From a bacterium (GTDB taxonomy: Bacteria; UBA8248), in the NCBI GenBank assembly GCA_965203325.1, contig OZ241875.1, positions 1-64,000 on the forward strand: a DNA stretch of 64,000 bases. The letters run 5' to 3'. Each line of letters starts with the position of its first letter. Within the stretch, counting starts at the first letter, position 1. Both the position numbers and the translations under genes were made by a program. The notes under the pieces are model-generated. The model saw only the letters and a list, made by a program, of their open reading frames with translations, was not told where the DNA came from and ran no database searches. Of the stretch, positions 17,827 to 27,165 are shown piece after piece.

Positions 17827-20349
17827 TCACCGGTAATAAACAGCTCTGCGTTTCCTCTTTATGCGGCTTGAAAATTCAGGCGCAAGGCTCCTGCGAAACG
17901 CGCGCCATCCGGCGGCGCCGCTGGCGGGCCAGGCTTCGGACGCGCGGAACCGCTCGACGGAAAGGTGTCTCCCATCGGGGTCGCCGCCCGCCTGAACGCG
18001 GAGCATCCCGCCGCGCCAGGGGCGATACACCCCCAGCCTTCGCTGCCTTCTACTCGTCTCCCGCCACAGGTCGGCTTTCATCCATTTCACCCGCTGGGGA
18101 GCGGCCACGAGGGCGCGGGGCGGACGCGCTTCGAGCCAGTCGAGGACTTCCCGTTTTCTCATCAAACTCTCGGGCAGGCGCACGAGGTCGTATCTCTTGC
18201 CCCGAAACCACTTTGCGTTGAAAGCCGGGTATCTCGATCGCAGCATGAGCAGCCAGCGCGAGCCGGTGGTTTCGACCTCGAATCCCCTCACGTCTCCTCC
18301 CCAGGAACGCAAGGAAACCCGCGCTCCGGCTCCGCTCATCCGCCAGATGGTGCGTGGGGAATGCCGCCTCCTGAAGCGGGAGTTATACGGCGCGGAAGCG
18401 CCGAGGTCGTTGATGCGAAACACGTTTTCGACCCGGATGCCCGTGGCGAACGCATTCGCGGCGAGCCGGTCTTTGGGATACCTGGAGAGGCTGAGCATCG
18501 CGCGCCAGGTCAATTGATTCTCCCGGCGCATCAGGGGAGCGAGCACGTTCCCCCAGGCGTTGAAGCCGCCGGCCCGGCTTCCGGAACCATCCACCACCAA
18601 ACCCTTTCCATCGGGGAGGCGCAAGAAGAAGGCGTCCGTGCCTCCGGCGTCGGGCAGGAGCAGCGTCGTGCGCTTCGGAGTCACGGGCCGTGCGCCGGCG
18701 TCGGGGAGGAGCAGGAAAAAGGTGAGGCCGCACACGCCCGCCCAGGCGAGTCTCCGCCGCCGCGCGCGTCTTGAGCGCAAGCCCAGGGCCATGAGTGCGT
18801 AGATCGAGGCGACGAGCCAGACCTGGGGACTCGGCGCGACGATGCTGGCCCACGGGATTTCAGAAGAGTAAGTCGACACGAGAATCATGAATTGCGCGAG
18901 AGCGCCGGTGAGCCACGTGGCGGGGAGCAGGAGCACGGCTCCGACTGCCGGTATGACGGCGGCGAGAGCGCTCGTAACGAAAGACAGCGGCACGAGCAGC
19001 GAGGCGACGGGGATGAGCAGGAAATTCACGAGCAGGCCGATGGGGTGGGCCTGGTGGAAATGGAGCGCCGTCAGCGGCGTGACCGCGGCGGTGACGACCA
19101 ATTGGATAATGGCGAGTTGGTGCGCCCGCGCGAACCACCACCCTTTCTCCCATATCCTCAGGCGCGCCTCCGGCCGCGGTAGCCTGTCCGCCGCCAGGAT
19201 GATGGCGCTCACCGCCACGAAGGAGAGCTGGAAACCCACGTCCCAGATGAAGCCGGGCTCGACCAGCAGGATGAGCAGGGCGGCGAGCAGGACGGAGTGG
19301 ATCGCGCTTCCCGGCCGCTCCAGGAGCCGGGTGAATAGGTAGGTGACGATCATGATCGTGGCGCGCACGGTCGATATCCGGGCGCCGCTCAGAAGCGCAA
19401 AGAGAATCACGAGGGGGATGACGCCCAGCGATGCGAGTTTGGACGGCGTGAGCACGAACGGGCGCAGGGGAAAAACCCAGGGCGGGAGCCTGCGCAGAAC
19501 GCCTTGCAGGGCGAAGAAGAAAAAAGCGGCGATGAAGCCCACGTGCAGGCCGCTGATGGCGAGCAGATGCGCCGCGCCCGACCTCCTGAAGGCGTCCTTG
19601 AGTTCAAGGTCGAGCCCCGCGCGCAGGCCGATGGTCATCGCTTCGATGAGACCGGCGGCGCGTTCGGGGTAGACGGCGCGCATGTGGGCGCTCATGCGCT
19701 CGCGGAACTGGAACAAAAGCCGCCGCCAGCCCCATTTTTCCCTTGGTTCCAAAACGTGGAGGCTGCGCACGGAACTGTATCCGACGGCGTGGACACCCCG
19801 GAGGCGCAGGAATTCGCGGTAGTCGAACGCGCCGGGGTTCTTGAAGCGCTCGGGAGGCCTCAGGCGCACGCGCCGGATGAGCAGCCTGTCGCCTACTTCT
19901 GGAACCTTTTCGAGCCGTGAGGCCAGCGTGAGCCGCACGACGCCGGTCATGGGAACCTCGACGCCGCGTATGAGGGCGCGTTCCACGTCGAGGTAGATGC
20001 GCGGCCTGGGCTTCTCGCCGTCGTTTCGCTCCACGGGCCGGGAGAGATGGCCCGTGACGTTCATGCGCTCGTAGGGGATCTGCCGCAGGAGGTGATGCGC
20101 GGGCGTCGCGAAGCGATGGAGCGCGGGCGCGGCGATAGAGGCGGCGAATCCCAGGAGCAGGAGGAGCGCCGCGAGGACGCCCTGCCTCTTCCCCCGGATG
20201 CGGCGGCTCAGGGCGAGCAGGACCGAGAAGGCCAATACGAGCGCAGCGGTGAGGATGGAGGCGGCCTCTCCCCGCTCGAAGTCGAAGGAAAGCCCGCCCG
20301 TCAACAGACCCGCGATGTAGCCGACAGCCAGCAGATGCAGGGGGTGCAC
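17827..20349 (-). CDS. comEC: ComEC/Rec2 DNA uptake channel protein
   Basis: NPGAFDY, SGAAHLLAISGLHVG, RATIM and DVGFQLSF, with many TM segments. The C-terminal beta-lactamase-like domain is degenerate. Confidence 0.9.
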   Translation of the reverse strand: MHPLHLLAVGYIAGLLTGGLSFDFERGEAASILTAALVLAFSVLLALSRRIRGKRQGVLAALLLLLGFAASIAAPALHRFATPAHHLLRQIPYERMNVTGHLSRPVERNDGEKPRPRIYLDVERALIRGVEVPMTGVVRLTLASRLEKVPEVGDRLLIRRVRLRPPERFKNPGAFDYREFLRLRGVHAVGYSSVRSLHVLEPREKWGWRRLLFQFRERMSAHMRAVYPERAAGLIEAMTIGLRAGLDLELKDAFRRSGAAHLLAISGLHVGFIAAFFFFALQGVLRRLPPWVFPLRPFVLTPSKLASLGVIPLVILFALLSGARISTVRATIMIVTYLFTRLLERPGSAIHSVLLAALLILLVEPGFIWDVGFQLSFVAVSAIILAADRLPRPEARLRIWEKGWWFARAHQLAIIQLVVTAAVTPLTALHFHQAHPIGLLVNFLLIPVASLLVPLSFVTSALAAVIPAVGAVLLLPATWLTGALAQFMILVSTYSSEIPWASIVAPSPQVWLVASIYALMALGLRSRRARRRRLAWAGVCGLTFFLLLPDAGARPVTPKRTTLLLPDAGGTDAFFLRLPDGKGLVVDGSGSRAGGFNAWGNVLAPLMRRENQLTWRAMLSLSRYPKDRLAANAFATGIRVENVFRINDLGASAPYNSRFRRRHSPRTIWRMSGAGARVSLRSWGGDVRGFEVETTGSRWLLMLRSRYPAFNAKWFRGKRYDLVRLPESLMRKREVLDWLEARPPRALVAAPQRVKWMKADLWRETSRRQRRLGVYRPWRGGMLRVQAGGDPDGRHLSVERFRASEAWPASGAAGWRAFRRSLAPEFSSRIKRKRRAVYYR

Positions 20350-20449
20350 GTTCTCTCCATGTAAGGAATACGCCTATCCTACACCAAAATGCGCCGCGCG
20401 CACATTCCGGGGTTGTGGAAAAACCCGGAGAGAGGAAATTTGTTTTTGT

Positions 20450-20473
20450 GTAGGTCGGACATATATGTCCGAC
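20450..20473 (+). repeat. GTAG-type REP-like palindrome
   Basis: GTAG followed by the perfect palindrome GTCGGACAT-AT-ATGTCCGAC. Confidence 0.75.
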
Positions 20474-20590
20474 ATAGTATGCGGCCCGTCGCAGGGCGGC
20501 GAAAAACCAGGGACGATGGGATGGACGCCTCCTTCCGGCAGTTTAGAATGTGGCGAGGTAACGTCACACACCGCCCGGAAGGAGACGACC

Positions 20591-21616
20591 ATGGAAGGAG
20601 TCTACATCATCGGCATCGATCTGGCGAAGAACAGTTTTCAACTCCACGGGGCGCGGGCGGACGGTTCGGTCGCGTACCGCAGGAAGCTGACGCGCGCGAA
20701 GGTGCTGGGCTTTCTGGCCTCGCAGCCGCGTTGCGTGGTGGCGATGGAGGCGTGCGCGGGGGCGCACCATTGGGGCCGGGCGCTCGGTCGTCTCGGCCAC
20801 GAGGTGAAGCTGCTGCCGCCGGCCTACGTGAAGCCCTACGTGAAGCGCCACAAGAACGACGCGGCGGACGCGGAGGCGATTAGCGAGGCGGCCACTCGCC
20901 CGACGATACGTCCGGTGGCGGTAAAGAGCGAGGAACAGCAGACGCACGGGATGCTGTACCGGGCGCGCGATTTGCTGGTGGGTCACCGGACCCGGACGAT
21001 CAACGCCTTGCGGAGTCATCTGGCGGAGTTCGGGGTCGTCGCGCGTCAGGGGCCCGTTGGCCTCACGAGATTGGTGGTTGCGGTTCGGGGAGCGGAATCG
21101 GGTCTGCCCGAGGCGGTCCGGGAGCTGGGCGAGGTTCTGCTGGAGGAGATCGCCGGCCTGAAGGCGAAGATAGAGGAGTTGGAGAGGCGGCTGTGCGCGA
21201 GCGTCCGCGATGACGAGGAGGCGCAGCGGCTGATGAGCATTCCGGGGGTCGGGCCGATAACGGCGTCGGCGATCCGGGCGTTCGCGCCGCCGATGGAGAA
21301 CTTCCGTCGGGGCCGGGACTTCTCGGCCTGGCTGGGTCTGGTCCCCCGGCAGCACACCACGGGGGGCAAGCCCCGCCTGGGGCGGATATCGAAGATGGGC
21401 CAGCGCGACGTGAGGCGGCTGTTGATCATGTGCGCGATGTCGGTGATTCGCCAGGCCGTTCGGCGCGGCGCGCCGCGGGGTTCGTGGCTGGCCCGGATGC
21501 TGGCGCGCAAGCCTCGTATGCTCGTCGCGGTGGCGCTGGCCAACAAGATGGCGCGCATCGCGTGGGCGCTGCTGCGGAACAAGGAGTTCTACAGGGAACC
21601 GGCGCCCCTCGCCTGA
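20591..21616 (+). CDS. IS110-family DEDD recombinase/transposase
   Basis: IGIDLAK, AMEAC and KNDAADA (D-E-D-D). Also SIPGVG, WLGLVPRQHTTGG and VALANKMARIAW. ATG follows AAGGAG. Confidence 0.96.
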   Translation: MEGVYIIGIDLAKNSFQLHGARADGSVAYRRKLTRAKVLGFLASQPRCVVAMEACAGAHHWGRALGRLGHEVKLLPPAYVKPYVKRHKNDAADAEAISEAATRPTIRPVAVKSEEQQTHGMLYRARDLLVGHRTRTINALRSHLAEFGVVARQGPVGLTRLVVAVRGAESGLPEAVRELGEVLLEEIAGLKAKIEELERRLCASVRDDEEAQRLMSIPGVGPITASAIRAFAPPMENFRRGRDFSAWLGLVPRQHTTGGKPRLGRISKMGQRDVRRLLIMCAMSVIRQAVRRGAPRGSWLARMLARKPRMLVAVALANKMARIAWALLRNKEFYREPAPLA

Positions 21617-21871
21617 GCGGCGCGCGGATAGAGTCGGGAGGAATGTGAGCCGGTCGGAGGAAGGGTAAGGGCAAACGGTCATCGAGACGGGATCGGGGCA
21701 ACCAGGTACATGCGACGAGCGAACCACCGAGCTCGCCGGGACGATTCGGACCCGATCCGCGCATCTCCATACGGGCCCGCGGCCAGCATGAAGCGCCGCA
21801 ACGAAGAGGCCGAATGTACGACTGAGCCGAACCGCTTTGCGCCGAACCCTCCAAAAAACCGCTTGCATTCC
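21617..21871 (+). ncRNA. Putative bridge/seek RNA region of the IS1111-type element (ends approximate)
   Basis: Stem GGATCGGG/CCCGATCC encloses an internal loop with TACATGCG and GGGACG (target matches). A second region has ATGTACGA (circle-junction match). Confidence 0.72.
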
Positions 21872-21887
21872 AAGGGGGCGTCCATGT

Positions 21888-21908
21888 ACGCATATATGCG
21901 TCCCCTAC
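21888..21908 (-). repeat. Right part of the inverted GTAG REP interrupted by the IS
   Basis: The empty site reads GGGACGCAT-AT-ATGCGTCCC-CTAC. Its left part is at 20510-20515. Confidence 0.8.
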
Positions 21909-22018
21909 ATCAGGCTCACGACCGGAACGACCCGCGAGAGAAAACACGTGGTCAGCTTCGACTGAGGGTGGTAGGCTTCGCCCCGGACCAATGGAAGGGT
22001 TCTTTTCAGAGGATGACG

Positions 22019-23017
22019 ATGCGCAGGCGCACCCTGGGGGACACGGGAATATCGGTGTCCGAGATAGGTTTCGGCACGGGCGGAATCAGCCGCCTGATGG
22101 TGGGAGATGACCGTGAGGCGCAGCTTCGCGCGGTGCGCGGCGCACTGGACGGGGGCGTGAACTTCTTCGACACGGCGATGGGCTACGGGAGCGGCAAATC
22201 GGAAGCCAACCTGGGCGCCGCGCTCAAGCGATTGGGGGCCGAAGTCGTCCTCACGACGAAGATCCGCTTGAGCGTCCAAGAGCGCGAAGCGCCCGAAGCG
22301 GCGGTTGTCGCCTCGGTGGAGAAGAGCCTCGAACGGTTGGGGCGACCATACATCGACCTGATCCAGATCCACAACTACGTGGCCCCCGAGCGGAGCTGGC
22401 CGGTGGGGGAGGTGGCCTTCGATCTCTCCGATATCTATCGTGTCGGCGGCGTGCTGGATGGTTTCAAGGAACTGCGCGATCGCGGGCTCGTGCGCTTTTT
22501 CGGGTTCACCGGGGTCGGGCATCCCGCCGCGCTGGCCGAGATGGTTGACAGCGGCGAGTTCCACACCGTGCAGGCGTATTTCAATCTGCTCAACCCGAGC
22601 GCGGCCTATCCGGTGCCCGAGGGTTTCAGCGCGGTGGATTACGGCCTGCTCATCGAGCGCGCAGCGGAAGTCGGAATGGGGGTGCTGGCGATTCGCGCCC
22701 TGGCATTGGGTGCGCTGACCGCCGAACCGAATTTCTTGGGTTTTCTGGACGAGCACCCGCCGGTTCTCTCGCTGGGTTCTGAATACGATAAAGACGTGGC
22801 GCGCGCAGAGAAACTCGCGTTCCTCGTTCGCGAGGGATGCACGCTGGCGCAGGCCGCGCTTCGATTCGTCTTAAGCCACGATGAGGTCTCCTGCGCGCTG
22901 GTGGGTTTCTCGGGCGAGGAGCAACTCGCAGAAGCCCTCACCGGTGCAGACGCCGGTCCTCTGAGAAGAGATGACATGCAGAGACTTGAAAAAATTTGGC
23001 AAAACGACTTCGCCTAG
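22019..23017 (+). CDS. Aldo/keto reductase
   Basis: RRTLGDTGISVSEIGFG, NFFDTAMGYG, TTK, SLERLG..IDLIQIH and LAQAALRF. GAGGA RBS. Confidence 0.92.
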   Translation: MRRRTLGDTGISVSEIGFGTGGISRLMVGDDREAQLRAVRGALDGGVNFFDTAMGYGSGKSEANLGAALKRLGAEVVLTTKIRLSVQEREAPEAAVVASVEKSLERLGRPYIDLIQIHNYVAPERSWPVGEVAFDLSDIYRVGGVLDGFKELRDRGLVRFFGFTGVGHPAALAEMVDSGEFHTVQAYFNLLNPSAAYPVPEGFSAVDYGLLIERAAEVGMGVLAIRALALGALTAEPNFLGFLDEHPPVLSLGSEYDKDVARAEKLAFLVREGCTLAQAALRFVLSHDEVSCALVGFSGEEQLAEALTGADAGPLRRDDMQRLEKIWQNDFA

Positions 23018-23044
23018 CCAGAGAACGAACCGATCGCTGAATTC

Positions 23045-24292
23045 ATGGACACTCCCCAAAAAGCGCGCATGAGCCAGGCGTCCCTGTGGGTGCTGAGCTT
23101 CTCCCAGCTTCCCATCATGCTCGTCTACGCCAACTACCCGACCGCCATCCCGATCCTGAAGGCGGAATGGTCCCTCACCAATGCGGACGCCGGCGTTATT
23201 TATTTTGCCTTTTACGTGGGCTACGTCGTCGCCTCCGCCGTGCTCACCGGGGCGACCGACTATTTCAGCGCGAGAACGATATATCTCTTCTCGGCCGCCT
23301 GGCTCGGCCTCACGAACCTCATGTTTCCCTTCTTCGCCGAGGGTCTTTGGACGGCCGCCCTGCTGCGGTGCGCGTGCGGCGTGGGGCTTGCGGGCGTGTT
23401 CGGTCCGGGATTGCGCCTCGTGGCCGAGAACGCCTCGCCGGGAATGCGTGCGAAGACTGTGTCCGGTTACGCTTTCTTCTTCAGTTTCAGCGTTTCGGTT
23501 TCGATGTTCCTGACGGGCTACCTGCTCCCCGATTTCGGCTGGCGCTTCACCTTCGCCGCGGGTTCGCTCGGCCCGGTTGTCGGCATCTTGATGGTGTTGC
23601 TCTGGGTGTCCGACCCTGGAAGGGAGGAGGCGGAAAGCGGGGAGAAATTCACCTTCCCCCGCCTGCCGCTCAGGTGCTGGGTGCTCATCGGCTCCTACGT
23701 CATGCACCGCTGGGAGTTGTTCGCCTTCAGGGGGTGGGGCGTCACGTTCCTGGCCTCGGCGTTCGTGGCGCATGGCCTTCCGAGAGGTGACGCCGTGGAC
23801 AACGCGGCGACGGCCCTGGCGTTCATGATCGCGATTTCCGCTTTTTCGAACTTCATCGGCGCATGGTCGGCCGACAGGTTCGGGCGGCTCTCGAGCATCG
23901 GGGGCAGTATGTTCTTGAGCGGCGCAATGACGTACGGGATAGGCTATCTCTTTCACGCGCCGATACCGGTTCTGCTGATCGTGGCGCTTGTCTGGGCGGT
24001 AACGATGGCCGTGGATGCGACGGTATTCCTGGTCGTGATGAGCGAAATCGCGCCAAAGCGCCACCTGGGCACGGCGCTGGGCTGCCTGGCCGGGTTCGGC
24101 TTCCTGTTCGGCGCGCTCTCCTCCATCGAAGTGGGCTATATTCTGGACATCACGAACCCCGGCTCCCGGGGCGAGGTTCTGCCCACCGAGTGGACGGCGG
24201 CCTGGGCTTCGGTGGGCGTGGCCGTCTGGATTGGTCTGGGCGGAATCGTCTGGCTTTCGCGTATACTGAAGAGGCGGGCGCAGGATGCTTGA
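23045..24292 (+). CDS. MFS transporter
   Basis: About 12 hydrophobic segments. Motif A-like GATDYFSAR and GAWSADRFGR. Confidence 0.88.
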   Translation: MDTPQKARMSQASLWVLSFSQLPIMLVYANYPTAIPILKAEWSLTNADAGVIYFAFYVGYVVASAVLTGATDYFSARTIYLFSAAWLGLTNLMFPFFAEGLWTAALLRCACGVGLAGVFGPGLRLVAENASPGMRAKTVSGYAFFFSFSVSVSMFLTGYLLPDFGWRFTFAAGSLGPVVGILMVLLWVSDPGREEAESGEKFTFPRLPLRCWVLIGSYVMHRWELFAFRGWGVTFLASAFVAHGLPRGDAVDNAATALAFMIAISAFSNFIGAWSADRFGRLSSIGGSMFLSGAMTYGIGYLFHAPIPVLLIVALVWAVTMAVDATVFLVVMSEIAPKRHLGTALGCLAGFGFLFGALSSIEVGYILDITNPGSRGEVLPTEWTAAWASVGVAVWIGLGGIVWLSRILKRRAQDA

Positions 24293-24355
24293 ATTCCGGT
24301 TGCGAAGCCGATACGCTCCCGCGCCAGTGAGGAGATTCGTGAATTTATCGCGGAA

Positions 24356-26161
24356 ATGAATGAGGGACAAGAAATCTTGAGCGAGCTTTTGGAGAAAGGA
24401 AGAACCCACGACTGCGGAACGCTTCGCGCTTCCGACATCGGCGCAGAGGTCGTTCTGATGGGCTGGGCGGGGTCGAACCGCGACCACGGCGGGCTGATTT
24501 TCATCGACTTGCGCGATCGCTACGGCGTCACCCAGGTGGTGGCCGACCCCTCCTATGACGAGGCCTCCCATGCCCTCGCCGAGCGGGTGCGCGGCGAATG
24601 GGTGCTCGCCGTTCAGGGGGTCGTCATCGAACGTCCCGAGGGGATGGCGAACCCGAATCTCGACACCGGTGAAATCGAGGTCCGGATAACGAAGCTCGAA
24701 GTCCTGAGCGAGGCGAGAACGCCCCCCTTCGAGATAGAAGACGATTCAGACGCCGGCGAAGCGCTGCGCCTCCAGTACCGCTACCTGGACCTCAGGCGCT
24801 CCGCGTTGCGCGAGAACTTCATCAGGCGCCATCAGGCGACACAGGTGATCCGAAATTTCCTGACGGAAAATCACTTCGTCGACGTCGAAACGCCAGTGCT
24901 CACGAGGAGCACGCCCGAGGGGGCGCGGGATTATCTGGTGCCGAGCCGCCTCGCGCGCGGGAGTTTTTTCGCACTCCCCCAGAGTCCCCAGATGTTCAAG
25001 CAGATTCTCATGGTCGCAGGCTTCGATCGCTACTACCAGATCGTCAAATGCTTCCGGGACGAGGACCTGCGCGCCGACAGACAGCCCGAGTTCACGCAGA
25101 TCGACGTCGAATGCTCCTTCCTGAACCGCGATACCTTTTTCGGACTCATGGAAGGTCTGGTGGCCAGGATATGGAAAGAGGTGGGCGGGGTCGAAATCGA
25201 GACGCCCTTCGAGCGGGTCCCCTACGCGGATGCGATAGCGCAGTACGGCACCGACAGGCCGGACAGGCGCTTCGGCATGAAGCTGGCCACGTTCACCGAC
25301 GTGGCGGGGGCGAGCGAGTTCAAGGTGTTCAAGGGGGCGGTGGAAAAAGGGGGCGTGGCGCGCGCCATGGCGGGACCGGGCATGGCGTCGGCCTCGAGAA
25401 AAGAGATAGACGACATCATCGCGCGCGCACAGGAGTTGGGCGCGGGCGGTCTCGCCTGGGCGAAGCGCACCGAAAACGGGTATGAGTCGAACATCACCAA
25501 GTTCTTTCTGGACGGCCAGTTGGAGGAGATCGGCGCGCGAGCGGGCGTCGAGGTCGGTGATCTCCTGATGATGGTGACCGATGCGCCGGCGGTGAGCGCA
25601 TCGGTGCTGGGCCAACTACGCGATGAAATCGGCGCGCGCCTGGGGCTCGTCTCCCGCGGCGATGGGGAATTCGATTTCTGCTGGGTCGTGGATTTCCCGC
25701 TTCTCGAATACGACGAGGCGGAGAAGCGGTTTCACGCGCTGCACCACCCCTTCACCGCGCCCGTGCCCGAGGACGTAGCACTTTTCGATTCCGACCCCGG
25801 CGCCATCCGCTCCCAGGCCTACGACATGGTGGTGAACGGGAATGAGATCGGCGGCGGCAGCCAGCGTATCCACCAGCGCGAGGTGCAACAGAAGATGTTC
25901 GCCGCCCTGGACATGGACGAAGACGAGGCGCAGCGGCGCTTCGGCTTCTTCATGGAAGCGCTCGAATTCGGCACGCCGCCTCACGGGGGGATCGCGTTCG
26001 GCCTGGACCGCATCATGATGCTGCTGACGGGCGCTCCCTCCATACGCGACGTCATCGCGTTCCCCAAGACACAGAAAGCCACCTGCCTGATGACCGGCGC
26101 GCCGGCCTCTGTCGAACGTCTCCAGCTCCGGGAGCTGGGCATCGACGGGGCGTTCCGGTAG
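24356..26161 (+). CDS. aspS: Aspartate--tRNA(Asp/Asn) ligase, probably non-discriminating
   Basis: RTHDCG, RDHGG, RPEG, LPQSPQMFKQ, FRDEDLRADRQPEF and PPHGGIAFGLDR. Confidence 0.97.
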   Translation: MNEGQEILSELLEKGRTHDCGTLRASDIGAEVVLMGWAGSNRDHGGLIFIDLRDRYGVTQVVADPSYDEASHALAERVRGEWVLAVQGVVIERPEGMANPNLDTGEIEVRITKLEVLSEARTPPFEIEDDSDAGEALRLQYRYLDLRRSALRENFIRRHQATQVIRNFLTENHFVDVETPVLTRSTPEGARDYLVPSRLARGSFFALPQSPQMFKQILMVAGFDRYYQIVKCFRDEDLRADRQPEFTQIDVECSFLNRDTFFGLMEGLVARIWKEVGGVEIETPFERVPYADAIAQYGTDRPDRRFGMKLATFTDVAGASEFKVFKGAVEKGGVARAMAGPGMASASRKEIDDIIARAQELGAGGLAWAKRTENGYESNITKFFLDGQLEEIGARAGVEVGDLLMMVTDAPAVSASVLGQLRDEIGARLGLVSRGDGEFDFCWVVDFPLLEYDEAEKRFHALHHPFTAPVPEDVALFDSDPGAIRSQAYDMVVNGNEIGGGSQRIHQREVQQKMFAALDMDEDEAQRRFGFFMEALEFGTPPHGGIAFGLDRIMMLLTGAPSIRDVIAFPKTQKATCLMTGAPASVERLQLRELGIDGAFR

Positions 26162-26170
26162 GGCGCCCGG

Positions 26171-27163
26171 GTGTCGGCGAAGAAGAAGAGGACGCGCAGG
26201 GCCCGGGACGACGCGCGCACGCTCGACCTCGAGAAAATCTTGAGAAGCGGCGATGCGCGCCACGAGACGCCCGAAGGGTTCCGCTCCGGCTTCATCGCCA
26301 TCATCGGCCGCCCGAACGTGGGCAAATCCACCCTGCTGAACCGCATCCTGGGCGAAAAACTCGCCATCGTCACACGAAAGCCCGGAACCACGAGGCGCAG
26401 GCTTCTCGGCGTTCTGAACGCCGAAAACGCGCAGGCGGCTTTTTTCGATACGCCCGGTCTCGAACGCCCCGCCTCGAAACTCGGACGCTTTCTGCTCGAA
26501 GAGGTGAAGGCCGCCTGCGCGGGCGCGGATCTCGCCCTGTTCATGACGGACGACGCGGAAGGGGAGGTGGACGAAAACGCGCTCGCCTTGATTGAGGATG
26601 CGGGCGTGCCCGCGTTTCTCGTCATCAACAAGGTGGACCGGTTGAAGGACAAGACGAAACTCCTGCCCGTTCTGGCGAAATACGCCGAAGACGAGGGGTT
26701 CAAGAGCGCCTATCCCGTCTCGGCGCTCAAGGGGGACAACGTGGAGCCGCTGGTTCAGGATATCATCCAGGCGCTTCCCGAGGGCCCCAGATATTTCTCT
26801 CCCGACATGACGACGGACGTGAGCGAAGCGCTCCTGATAGAGGAATTCGTTCGCGAGCAGGTGTACCGCCTGCTGCACAAGGAGATCCCCTACGCCGTGG
26901 CGGTGAAGGTGCGCGAGATGGAGCGCGCCGAGCGTTCCGGCCTGTTGCACGTCGAGGCGGAAATCTACGTGGAGCGGAAGAGCCAGCGGGGCATTCTGGT
27001 GGGCAAGGGAGGCAGCCGGATCAAGAAGATCGGGGAATTATCGAGAAAGGAGATCGAACGGCGGCTGGGCGAGCAGATATATCTCGGCCTCAAGGTGGGC
27101 ATCAAGCCGAACTGGCGGCAAAAGGATGCCGCGCTTTCCGAACTCGGTTATGAGAATGTCTAG
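26171..27163 (+). CDS. era: GTPase Era
   Basis: GRPNVGKSTL, DTPG, NKVD, EIPY and a KH domain (VGKGG). Confidence 0.96.
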   Translation: MSAKKKRTRRARDDARTLDLEKILRSGDARHETPEGFRSGFIAIIGRPNVGKSTLLNRILGEKLAIVTRKPGTTRRRLLGVLNAENAQAAFFDTPGLERPASKLGRFLLEEVKAACAGADLALFMTDDAEGEVDENALALIEDAGVPAFLVINKVDRLKDKTKLLPVLAKYAEDEGFKSAYPVSALKGDNVEPLVQDIIQALPEGPRYFSPDMTTDVSEALLIEEFVREQVYRLLHKEIPYAVAVKVREMERAERSGLLHVEAEIYVERKSQRGILVGKGGSRIKKIGELSRKEIERRLGEQIYLGLKVGIKPNWRQKDAALSELGYENV

Positions 27164-27165
27164 GC

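Larger units (their letters stand above)
20514..21888 (+). mobile_element. IS110-family insertion sequence, IS1111 subgroup
   Basis: Subterminal inverted repeats ATGGACGCCTCCTT (20521-34) and AAGGGGGCGTCCAT (21872-85). ACG core on both sides (20513-15, 21888-90). Long 3' non-coding end. Removing the element restores a REP palindrome. Confidence 0.92.

Noticed and set aside
20465..20590. N-terminal extension of the transposase in the ORF track, and similar extensions for the AKR (21710), hisS (15355), cobB (16032), rpsU (27489), lipA (30852), HTH (9491) and ybeY (55486)
   Set aside because: The extensions cross element ends, promoters or neighbouring genes. Better RBS-linked starts lie downstream.
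22871..24571. 566-aa minus-strand ORF, and similar long ORFs at 7993-9306, 20564-21868, 25616-26950, 27770-29374, 31200-32519, 35503-36939 and 44637-45902
   Set aside because: Each lies antisense to clearly identifiable genes and has shadow-like composition.
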